A stretch of 64,000 nt of DNA, taken from positions 1-64,000 of IMG/VR virus record IMGVR_UViG_3300036985_001509; one strand, written 5' to 3'. The stretch's first letter is position 1. Every line of letters starts with the position of its first letter. Under the pieces are notes generated by a model that did not search any database, had not been told where the DNA came from, and was given only the letters and a program-made list of their open reading frames with translations. Source of the stretch: a virus. Shown one piece after another: positions 19,484 to 29,200 of this stretch. The translations under genes were made by a program, and so were the position numbers.

Positions 19484-22117
19484 TTATTTTTGGCTGAGAA
19501 CATCTTGTACAGTGAGAGGTCCTATTTCTTTTAGAATTGCTTCCACCCCAGATGCACTAACAAATCCTTGTTGATTCAGATAGGCATCTTTCCAAACACC
19601 TTTATCGTAAACATACATTCTCACTGCAAATCTATCGGACTCACTTCCATCATTGTTAGAAGATCCTTCAATATCTAATCTGGTAAAAGGTGCATATCCG
19701 CCAGACTGCAATCCAGGAATATCATATCCCGTCATAGGAGCACCTACAGGCTTTCCTCTTCCTATGATGTTTGTTGTCAACTCTGGAGAACTTAGAACAT
19801 CAAACTTCACTTTAGTCATGAAGCTAGACTTGGCCATAGAAGGGAAGTACGCATTCAAGTCTGACTGACTCATAGGAATCACCTGCTTACTACCACTTTC
19901 ACCAAACAATATCAGCTTTCCTGTACCGTCAAAATTCTTCTCTATTACAAACTTTGACTTTGCCTCTTTTTGTATTTCAGTTGCCTTTGATGGTGAAAAG
20001 TCTCCAGGATTGTTTACATCCAAACTACCAAACTCATCATAATATCTTGTAGCATTTCCTATAAGCTCATTTACTCTTTGCTTAGTGACATCATCACTCA
20101 TATTCAGAGTTCCAAACGTGGTTTGGAATTCAGGCATACGTTTAGCTAGAAATGCACTTGCAGTGGATTGTGCTTGCGCATAAGTGTTCGCAATCTGTGG
20201 TTTGTAGTTTGTAACAATTTCTCCAGATCTATTCCAAAGTGTTTGTTGTCTTGATGTTAGTGATGCTTTCTTTTGTAATTGTTCTTGCGTAGGATATCTT
20301 CCAGGTTGGGCTTCATAAACAGCCACTAGATCATTTGCTAATCCTCTAAGTTTGGCAGGGACAGCTTTCAAGAATCCTTGTTTATCTAATGTTGATCCAC
20401 CAACACCAGCCGCTGCACCAGAAGGATCTATTTTTACATACTCACCAAGCATTGACCTAACCTTGTATAGTTCTTCTGCACTATACACTTCTTCTCCAGC
20501 AGTATTGTTATAACCTGCAACACCTCTAAACATGTCTGTCACCTTGGTTTGGAAAGGTGCCATCACCTTTTGAGTGGACAAAAGTAGATTCTCTCTTCTA
20601 CTCTTTTCATCATTCAGTGCGCCAATGCCCTGCAGATACTCAATTTGATTAGGGTCTTTAATACTAAACGGATTAGCCCTATACTTTTCTTCAAGGTCTT
20701 TTAATGACTTTAATCTTTGATCAGCGGGAAGATCTCCAAACAAAAGAGCTCCGTATTGATCTCTCAACTTTCCTGCATCTACACTCAAGTTGGTGATAGA
20801 GTTTTCTAGGTCAGATACAGTGGGAACCTTTACACCTGTTCCTAATCCACCATAGCTCGCAATTGGTAACTTTGCTGCAGCTTCAGCAGCTTTGTCTGCT
20901 CTCTCTGTATTAAACTTAAGTACATCAAGATCATATTGCTTTTGTCTTAACCCAAATCCTGCCCAGAACTGAGCATCTTCCACCTTTGCTCTATTCACCT
21001 GAAACTCAAGCTTCTTCTTCTCCATGTTCATTTGAGCATAGGGATTGCTGAGTATTTCCTCTGTATAGCTTTGGTTGGACAAATCTTGAGCAAGTCCTGT
21101 TAAATACTTCTGTGTGTATATACGGTATTTGTAATCCTCTAGATTGCTCACCTTACCTATCTCATCAATGTTTCTAGCAGCTTCTTTCTCAAAGTAGCCG
21201 CTGTTTAACTTATCAACCCCATTGGTAATAGCAGTTTCTATTTCTGCTCTCTGGGATGATGTTAGGTTATCGTTAGTTTTAAGCTCTACAGCTAGCTTAC
21301 TTAAATTGTCCGATAGAGCTTTCTTCTGAGTTTCGTAAGTGCCAATGATATCATTTTGGAATGTCACCTTTGTAGCATTCCTATAATGATAGTTACCTGT
21401 AATCATGAGCTGCTGCTTGTCACCCTCATCCAGGCTAGAGTAGAAGTTGTTCAGGATTTTTTCAGCGGGTGTACCTTTCACCTTGATGCGAAGCATGGCA
21501 TCATCAATCATAGGTTTACCATCACTACCCAGAAGAACTTTACCATCAGCACCTCTAACATAAGGAATGTCTACGGATTTCTCCATATCCTTGATCTTGG
21601 AGGCAACATCTCTTAGCTTTCCACCAACATCTCTATACTCAGTGTATTCTCCTGTGAACTTCTTCATCAAGTCAGAGTCATTGTCCCATCTGTTTATCTG
21701 ACTAGAAAACCACCATTCGTTCTCTGGAGAAGATTTACCTTTTCTCTTAGCTTCCTCCATATACCCCTGCTGTTTTCTGATCAGCTGGGTGGATTCATAG
21801 GCGTTCTTAACCACTGGGTCCTTGACCACCTGTCCTATCATTCCCCCTACTGAGTTGACCAGCTGGAAGTTAGAAAAGTCACCAGCAGCCACCATAGAAA
21901 GGTTGTTACCCAATTCATTCAGTTTAGACTGTAGATAGGCCTTGTGTTTTGAACTATAAATGTCCATCCCACCTATCTGATCTATTTGAGTCTGAATCTT
22001 TTGGATGCCCTCATCGTAGCGCTTCTGCTTTTCCATACCCACCTGCACCATAGCCTCCACAGGAAGCTGCTGGACGTAGGGGGTAAATTGGGGTATTATG
22101 TCAGTAAATGAAGCCAT
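19484..22117 (-). CDS. Virion cargo (ejection) protein upstream of vRNAP
   Basis: 877-aa helical protein beginning FTPYVQQLPVEAMVQVGMEKQKRYD, located between the cargo genes and the vRNAP gene. Confidence 0.65.
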   Translation of the reverse strand: MASFTDIIPQFTPYVQQLPVEAMVQVGMEKQKRYDEGIQKIQTQIDQIGGMDIYSSKHKAYLQSKLNELGNNLSMVAAGDFSNFQLVNSVGGMIGQVVKDPVVKNAYESTQLIRKQQGYMEEAKRKGKSSPENEWWFSSQINRWDNDSDLMKKFTGEYTEYRDVGGKLRDVASKIKDMEKSVDIPYVRGADGKVLLGSDGKPMIDDAMLRIKVKGTPAEKILNNFYSSLDEGDKQQLMITGNYHYRNATKVTFQNDIIGTYETQKKALSDNLSKLAVELKTNDNLTSSQRAEIETAITNGVDKLNSGYFEKEAARNIDEIGKVSNLEDYKYRIYTQKYLTGLAQDLSNQSYTEEILSNPYAQMNMEKKKLEFQVNRAKVEDAQFWAGFGLRQKQYDLDVLKFNTERADKAAEAAAKLPIASYGGLGTGVKVPTVSDLENSITNLSVDAGKLRDQYGALLFGDLPADQRLKSLKDLEEKYRANPFSIKDPNQIEYLQGIGALNDEKSRRENLLLSTQKVMAPFQTKVTDMFRGVAGYNNTAGEEVYSAEELYKVRSMLGEYVKIDPSGAAAGVGGSTLDKQGFLKAVPAKLRGLANDLVAVYEAQPGRYPTQEQLQKKASLTSRQQTLWNRSGEIVTNYKPQIANTYAQAQSTASAFLAKRMPEFQTTFGTLNMSDDVTKQRVNELIGNATRYYDEFGSLDVNNPGDFSPSKATEIQKEAKSKFVIEKNFDGTGKLILFGESGSKQVIPMSQSDLNAYFPSMAKSSFMTKVKFDVLSSPELTTNIIGRGKPVGAPMTGYDIPGLQSGGYAPFTRLDIEGSSNNDGSESDRFAVRMYVYDKGVWKDAYLNQQGFVSASGVEAILKEIGPLTVQDVLSQK

Positions 22118-22132
22118 GGCATATCAAGTTAG

Positions 22133-22164
22133 CAAATGTAATATGAATAATTATAATTTCCAAG
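22133..22164 (-). promoter_or_regulatory. Bacteroidota sigma70-type promoter
   Basis: Minus strand cTTG-N20-TACATTTG matches the -33 TTTG / -7 TAnnTTTG consensus, 15 nt upstream of the ATG at 22117. Confidence 0.75.
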
Positions 22165-22204
22165 AGGTATAACGAGTTTTGGTAAATCGCTATAACTGAG
22201 TTGA

Positions 22205-25200
22205 TTAGAGATTTTTAAATGCTCTTACAATTGAGCTGTTCAGACGCTTCTTTTTGCTCACTTTAATCCCCTTTTTTCCATATCCCTTCAGCTCGTCTTC
22301 TGTCAATACCTCCTCCTCAAAATCAATAGGAGCTGGTTGAACTGGTTGAGCTGGTCTAATACTGGTTGGGGCGATAGGAGTAAAATCAGCAGGAGGAGGA
22401 CCAATTGTTCCTGGAGCTGGTTCAGCACCACCTGGAGGAGGAACTTGTGTAACTGCAGGAGCTCCAGGAGCTGCTGCTGGTACTCTTCCTGTAGGCACAA
22501 TTCCAGGAGTAGCCATGGAAGGAGCTCCATTACCCACCACCTGATACTGCTTTCCATCAGGCCCAGTATACACTGTAGGTATCTGGGGTTGGAAAGGAGC
22601 GTTCATGTTAATAGCTCTAAAGCGTGGGTCATAACGATAGTTGTACAAGTTCTCCATTGTAGCTAACGTTCTGTTTTCCAATCTGTTACGAAGGAACTTA
22701 TCACTGATTGAGTTGAGAGCAGCCTGTGTAGTGGCCTTTGTTTTAGACAAAGCCTCAGCCTGTCTTACATATTGTCTATCAAAAATGTTTAGTTTCTGTA
22801 AACCAAACTGATTGAGCAAGTTTCTGTTCTCTCCATACACTTGATCTCTTTTAGCTTGATTCAGTCTAAACTGCTCAGCCAGCACCTTCTGATTAGCAGC
22901 ATATTTCTGTGCACTCAGCTGACCTTGAATAGCGGGGTTGTAACCAACCATTCTCTGTTGGGATCTGTAGGTAGCCTCATTTTCATTCAGAATATCCTGT
23001 AAAGAAATATCGTAAGGGCTAGACAACTGAGGTTGTACTGTTTGAGCCTGTACAGGTTCCACCTGATTATTGGACAGCGCGTACATCTCACCCATCAACT
23101 GCATTGGGTTGAGGGATTCTGAATCTGAAGGTCTTAGATAAGGCACCACCTGACCAAGAACATCTACCAACGTGTTCCTTTTGTAAGGAGTAATTGGGGG
23201 AATCTGAGCAGCAGTTGGGGCTTGTTGAGGGAGTTCTTGCAACCTTGAGATATTAAGCGTGCCTCCTGGGATTGTGGGTATTGGCTTACTCTCACCATAC
23301 AAAGATTCTGCACTTACGGTTTGCTCACCAAAATCACCATCTACTTGCAAACGAGTGTCAACACCCAATTTCTTAGCCTCTCTATTAAATGCTTTTTGGA
23401 AGTCTCTAACATCAGCATCACTAGAAGGATCAAAGTTTTCCCAATCATACCAAGGGTTTCTGGCCATCATGGCCTCAAAGTCTGCTTGGGTAACATTTCC
23501 ATAAAACACATCACCCTTTTGTTGTCCTGCAGGTACATTAGGAAGAGCCTTCACCTTCTTAAGTTTCTTACCACCCTGAGCTGTATCTTTAAATGCCTCT
23601 TTATCAATCTTCACCTTACCTCTAGCCAAGTCATCAGCAACAATGCCCATTTCCTCAGCTGTGTCATTGATAGCATTTTGCAAGGAGGCAGCTGCCATCT
23701 TCTTATCAGCAATCTCTTTCAGTTTGCTGTTTGCTCCTAACATAGTGTATTGCAACGAGTTAAGGGTCATTCTATCTATAGGGGTGCTCACCTCCAAATC
23801 CTCTAACATCTTTGTAGCGTTGTCAATTTTCTTGTTTTGATTGTTCTCTTTCTTAGACAGATCAGCCACATAGGTTTTGAACTTCTTACCCTTTGCATCA
23901 TTTCCAAGGAACGGCAGATAGGACTTTGGTATCTTGAGGTTGCCAAATACCACTAGGTTGGAGTCAGGGCTGCTACCATCTTTTAGCTTCATGGCAGGTT
24001 CACCTCTTTCCACTTCTACAGGATTCTCACCATAGGTGATACCGATACCAGTGTTTCCTCTTCCATCAGACTCATCGTGAGATTGGCCTCTGAACATAAC
24101 TGTCTCACCACCATCTGGTAGATAGGGGTTGTAGGACATAGGTTCTGCATATCCACCCCAGTGTGTCTGGAGCTCACCACCCATTTGCATTACAGGTCTT
24201 TCTGTAGACATAGCTGCTGCACTAGGAGGAGTGTAAGCTTTTAGATGACCACCAGCTCTGAGCATTTCTGCATCATGAGGAGGTTTAAGAAGGTCTTTTA
24301 AATTGCGTCCTCCAAAGGACGCAATTACTTGTGGTTGCCATGTATGGCTCACCCATTGATAATCAGAAGTTTGTCCACCATCTTCCATCGAAGGTCTACC
24401 GTAAGATCCAGAAAGTTTAACGTTAGTTTTTCCAATTTTTTTATTCCACTCTAAAGAAGCATTTGCTTTTCCTTTTTTTGATGGTGGTTCAACTCTCATA
24501 AAATCAGCATTGGTTTGTTCTTGAGGTTTACCAAAATTTTGATCATATCCACCTTTAATACCTAGTGTACCCCCAAAAAGTGGGAGTGTTGCACTAGTAC
24601 GTAACCTTAAATTATTCCTATCATAATCACCTGTTACTGATAATGCTCTATCTTTACCAAATATTTTTGGAAAATTAAAAGCAAGGTTGTAAGCAGAACT
24701 TCCAAGTTTATCTTTATCAATCATTCCTCTATACCCACCTTCTATATTAAATCTGTTAGGTTGTCCAACATTAAATCCAAGTGACAAAGGTGATCCAATA
24801 CCACCAAATCTAATATCACCCATCCCATCTAAAGTGGGCATTGGAGGTCTAATGCCAGTTCTATTAACAGGAACACAATCTCCATCAGATTCACTATATT
24901 CAAATCCTGGTGGACAGTTTTCTACAGAGGTTCCCTCTTCAGCTTTAGTAACTCCACCATCTTCCATGTAGCTAGCAAACTGACTCTGTATACCCATTCC
25001 GAAGTTTCTTCCCATGATGTCGCCCATGTTTCTTTTGGACTCAGCTTGGTATTTTTTGATTTTCTCCTCGCTTCTATCTATAATTCCACCTACAGCACCT
25101 CCAAGCAAGCCACCAATAGCACCACCGATAGGACCACCAATAGCAGTACCAGCAGCTGTACCAATACCCTTACCTATCTTGTTACCAGCTTCCACCTCAC

Positions 25201-26254
25201 TACCTGTAATCACATTTCCAAGAGTGCCAGCCAAAGCATTTCCGCCTTGGTTATTCATAAAGTTTGTAAAGTCAAATCCACCTTCAGCCTTGTGAAGTTT
25301 GCCACCGTGATAGAATTGCTTATAGCGTTCGCTATCGTTCAAGGGTTCATATCCAAGATTGTCATATAATGTATTGGGAGCGAACGTGTTAGCTATTTCT
25401 CCCCCTCCCACAGATGCGCCAAACTCAGCAAGCACATTTGTACCTACACCATAAGATGGGAACATTTGCTCAGGCTGTATAACTACATCCTCTGGTCTAA
25501 CATATTGACGTCTATTGAGTTGTGCAGGAACACTAGCGGCAGCAAGACCCATAGCATTTGTAAGGGCGGACATTTGCTTAGCCTCTTTAACAGCATCTTG
25601 TTGCTGTTTAATCATGCTAAGTCCCTGTATGACATCTACGCCAGATTGTACAAACATTCCAGTTTTATCGGTTGGTGTTTTAGCACCAATAGGTGCAGCA
25701 GTGGTGCTAGTAGATGTGCTAGGAGCATAGAGAGTTGTAGTGGGAGTTCCACCTCCTGTTGCTCCAGTGCTAGACATTCTGCCTTGATCCCAAGCATCCC
25801 AATCAGACTTCCAAGAGTTATAGTCAGGGTAATTCTCAATCTTTGGCTCAATGTCAATTCCAGTTTGAGCTTTCTTAATCTTCCTACCACGCTTGGCAGG
25901 AGGTGGTACAACCTCCTCACTTAATGTTTGTGGTTTAGTAAACAGTTCTTCTGAGGCTGCCTGCAATACAGTAGGGTCTATGCCATACTGATCAGCAACT
26001 CCTCCAAGAGCTTCTAGCTTTTCTCGGTCATAACTGGTCATTCCTGTAAGCTGATATTCAAGCTCATCGTACATCCCACGGACATCTGCAGGACTGTAGA
26101 CAGGCATTTCAGCCTGACTGGTCATATAGGTGCCTATCTGGGCTTTCTTGAAAGCTTTACCATGTGCCTTCATAAACGATGCCTCATCAGGAAACTTCTT
26201 GTAGAACTCCTTCTCAGACTTAACACCAGCAATTTTCAGGATCTGTTTTTTCAT
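22205..26254 (-). CDS. Modular virion cargo protein with glycine zipper, PG-binding-like segment and repeated xQxG/xxGG motifs
   Basis: 1349 aa; GKGIGTAAGTAIGGPIGGAIGGLLGGAVGG glycine zipper; GQSHDE...GI...VEVERGE segment of the kind seen in crAss-like cargo genes; VRDFQKAF...LQVDGDFGEQT. Confidence 0.7.
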   Translation of the reverse strand: MKKQILKIAGVKSEKEFYKKFPDEASFMKAHGKAFKKAQIGTYMTSQAEMPVYSPADVRGMYDELEYQLTGMTSYDREKLEALGGVADQYGIDPTVLQAASEELFTKPQTLSEEVVPPPAKRGRKIKKAQTGIDIEPKIENYPDYNSWKSDWDAWDQGRMSSTGATGGGTPTTTLYAPSTSTSTTAAPIGAKTPTDKTGMFVQSGVDVIQGLSMIKQQQDAVKEAKQMSALTNAMGLAAASVPAQLNRRQYVRPEDVVIQPEQMFPSYGVGTNVLAEFGASVGGGEIANTFAPNTLYDNLGYEPLNDSERYKQFYHGGKLHKAEGGFDFTNFMNNQGGNALAGTLGNVITGSEVEAGNKIGKGIGTAAGTAIGGPIGGAIGGLLGGAVGGIIDRSEEKIKKYQAESKRNMGDIMGRNFGMGIQSQFASYMEDGGVTKAEEGTSVENCPPGFEYSESDGDCVPVNRTGIRPPMPTLDGMGDIRFGGIGSPLSLGFNVGQPNRFNIEGGYRGMIDKDKLGSSAYNLAFNFPKIFGKDRALSVTGDYDRNNLRLRTSATLPLFGGTLGIKGGYDQNFGKPQEQTNADFMRVEPPSKKGKANASLEWNKKIGKTNVKLSGSYGRPSMEDGGQTSDYQWVSHTWQPQVIASFGGRNLKDLLKPPHDAEMLRAGGHLKAYTPPSAAAMSTERPVMQMGGELQTHWGGYAEPMSYNPYLPDGGETVMFRGQSHDESDGRGNTGIGITYGENPVEVERGEPAMKLKDGSSPDSNLVVFGNLKIPKSYLPFLGNDAKGKKFKTYVADLSKKENNQNKKIDNATKMLEDLEVSTPIDRMTLNSLQYTMLGANSKLKEIADKKMAAASLQNAINDTAEEMGIVADDLARGKVKIDKEAFKDTAQGGKKLKKVKALPNVPAGQQKGDVFYGNVTQADFEAMMARNPWYDWENFDPSSDADVRDFQKAFNREAKKLGVDTRLQVDGDFGEQTVSAESLYGESKPIPTIPGGTLNISRLQELPQQAPTAAQIPPITPYKRNTLVDVLGQVVPYLRPSDSESLNPMQLMGEMYALSNNQVEPVQAQTVQPQLSSPYDISLQDILNENEATYRSQQRMVGYNPAIQGQLSAQKYAANQKVLAEQFRLNQAKRDQVYGENRNLLNQFGLQKLNIFDRQYVRQAEALSKTKATTQAALNSISDKFLRNRLENRTLATMENLYNYRYDPRFRAINMNAPFQPQIPTVYTGPDGKQYQVVGNGAPSMATPGIVPTGRVPAAAPGAPAVTQVPPPGGAEPAPGTIGPPPADFTPIAPTSIRPAQPVQPAPIDFEEEVLTEDELKGYGKKGIKVSKKKRLNSSIVRAFKNL

Positions 26255-26255
26255 A

Positions 26256-29200
26256 TTAGTTATATTTGTCTAACCATCCACCCTTGGTTGGTTTGTTATA
26301 GTTTGTAAAGTTAAGCAATTGGTCTAGCTTCTTAAGGGGTTGAGCGTCAGCATTATTCACACTAATGCCCTTTTTAGCCACAGGGTATTCTGTTACATAT
26401 TCTCCATCAAACTCATAATCTTCCCCAGGCATCATGTATTGGACATCTCCTGTATCAGATACACCAACTAGGGGTTGATCTACACCCTCCATAGTGATTA
26501 CATTTGAAGGGATAATGACAGGACTTCCTACATTCTCAGGGTTCCAATATCCCATGGGATCTATAGGAATATCTCCGCCATACTGAAAAGCTCTTTTAGG
26601 AGACTCTTCTGACTCACCACCTAACATAGACGCTGCTCCCACTGCAGGAACAGCTGCTGGTAATAAACGAATAAGTGCACGTTTTTCTTCTATCGGTGTG
26701 TCTTTCTTAAAGAATCTATTTAAACTACCTTGACGTATTAACTCATCAACCATTGCATCGTCCGTCATAGTTTCCTTCTGAATCTTGTTTATTGCAGTTT
26801 GATAGTCAAGTCCCTGTTTCATAAGATTCTCATGAGTTCGTCTTCTTGCTATCATTAAATCTGAATGGAGCTCATTGGGCGATGCTTCCCATGTATATTT
26901 TCCTTTCTCAGGTTCAATCATTGCTTTACCAAATCTTTGACCAAGCTCGGTTGTAGGGTTTGGTATATAATATTCATAATCAGGAGATGTAGATGTAGTC
27001 ACTTCTCCCCACGTATCTTTTTTGTAACCATGGTAAGGCACTCCTGTTCTAGGATCATATGATATTCCTCCAAGATTCTGTGCTGTATGACCCGCCTCAT
27101 GTGCTCCTATATCTCCAACAGAACTAGGTCTAAAATAATGAGGACCTTGTCCAAAAAGCGTCATACTTGGACCTGGTCCATATGCATTGACAAAATTAAC
27201 TCCTCCTATCTTATGTCTTTCTTCAAGAAGATATTTTTTAGCATCATCTGAAAGACCAGACTCTAAAATAGATTTTGTGCTACTACCAACTACAACATCA
27301 GGTGAATCTGCAAATGGATTTGTTATAAAACGATAAGAGTCTATTCCAGTGATAGGGTCAGTAGACTTATACGAACTAGTTCCAGAAGTTTTGTAGTTTG
27401 AATAGTATGGATAATTTTCAAGAGGAGCACCTTTTGATTTTAAAATGCTTTCGATTTTCTGTTCTACCTCTGGTCTAATTGCTCCTTTTGAATCGTAGTA
27501 CCAGTCTCTAGCAAATCTAGCTCCTTGAGTATGTTCTTGTGTAGCTTTTTGTTTTGCTAACTGTACTTGTTTTTTAGTGATGGGAAAGGTCTCAGATATA
27601 GGTCTTCCTGATAAAACATCACCAATCCCACGATCTAGTCCACGATTAAAAGATTTAATAGCAGATTGTGTAGATTTAGAAAAAGGAGATAGCATTGCGT
27701 TTGTTATCTTCTTTCCTATTTTGTTGAATGATAAATCCATGCCTGCAACAGGATTCAGCATGTTGTTTGCAAACTGTCCTGTACTTCTAGTTCCAGCTCC
27801 TCCAAGAGCTCCTGTCAGCAATGGACTTACTATTCCAGCAATATAAGGTAGATTAGAATCTGTTTCTCTAGCCATGTATGGGGCTGTAGCCAATCCCTCA
27901 CCCATCTCTCCAAACATTGTGATCGGATTAATCCAGTCAGTCCAATTATTAGACCTAGACATAGATCCTAGGTTTCTACCAGACACATACTGTTGCTCTC
28001 TCCAGTCCATATCCTTCCACAACTTGCTCTCACCAGTTGGGAATGTAAATGGAACGTTAGGATTTTCTCTTGTAGCTTCAGCCGCTTTGCCTTCAGCCAT
28101 TGCTTGTCTATCATATTCCTTGTTCTCTTCTATAACACGCAAGTTTTCAGCTCTACCTCTTTCTACAGCTTGTTCACGTGTATTAGTTGCAGTGAGTGGT
28201 TTGTTCTTTTGAGTTTGTCTTCTAAGTGTCTCAGTTGTAATGCGCTTTTGCATTTCCTCTGACATGGGTTCACCCTTAGTAACAACAGGAGCAGTCTTCT
28301 TACTCTTTAAGTATTCCAACATCTTACCTGTCTGAGCCTGGGGAACATCATACTTATCCAACCAACCGCCATTCTTGCTGATTGTCTTGGGGGTGAAATC
28401 AAGTCCCTCTTGATAGAACTTCATCTCTTGGCCATTCTGTGCACTAGCTTTGGTCTTCTTAGCATAGGGACCGTTAGCAGGAGCAGGACTCTGTGTACGT
28501 GCGTACGTGAATCCTACAGAACCAGGAAGACTTCCACCCATTGCAAACTGTCCTGTAGCAGATCCATAATCTTTTCCTTCCTGAGAACTAGTAAATCTTT
28601 GTTGTTCTACAAATGTTTTCCAGCTATTTCTGTCAGGGAAGTACATTGTCTTCTGAACATCCTTATCAAATGTGGGATAGGTGTAGCTGTATTTAGTAGG
28701 CTTAGACATATCCACTCTTGCCTGTTCAAACGTGGGTTGAGTTATAGTAGGTCTAACATCAGTGAGTTCAATATTAGGAAGATCGACACTAAGATTTGGT
28801 TTTTCTAGTACACGTTTTTTATATTCTACTGGTTGTACTGGTTTTTTGTAAATAGGACTATTAGCAGTGCCATCAAAGTAAGTACCAATAGCTCTAATCT
28901 TATCACTAACTACATCTGGAGAAGAATGATACATTATTTGATTAGGTCCAAATCCCAAACTCTTATAATAATCTATTAATTTTTTATCTTCTCGTCTAGA
29001 TGAGAAATCATTAAAACCTCCTTCAAACTGATCTTTTTCGCTTTGAAAATCTTTAGATATTGGACCAAACTCTTCTAATCCTTTGACAATTTTCTTAACT
29101 CTTCCTTTTTTAAGTTCATCTGTAGTCCATTCAATATTATATTTACTAGTTTCACTACCAGGTCCCATTAACTTATCCTGCATTTGATAAGCTTTGTACA

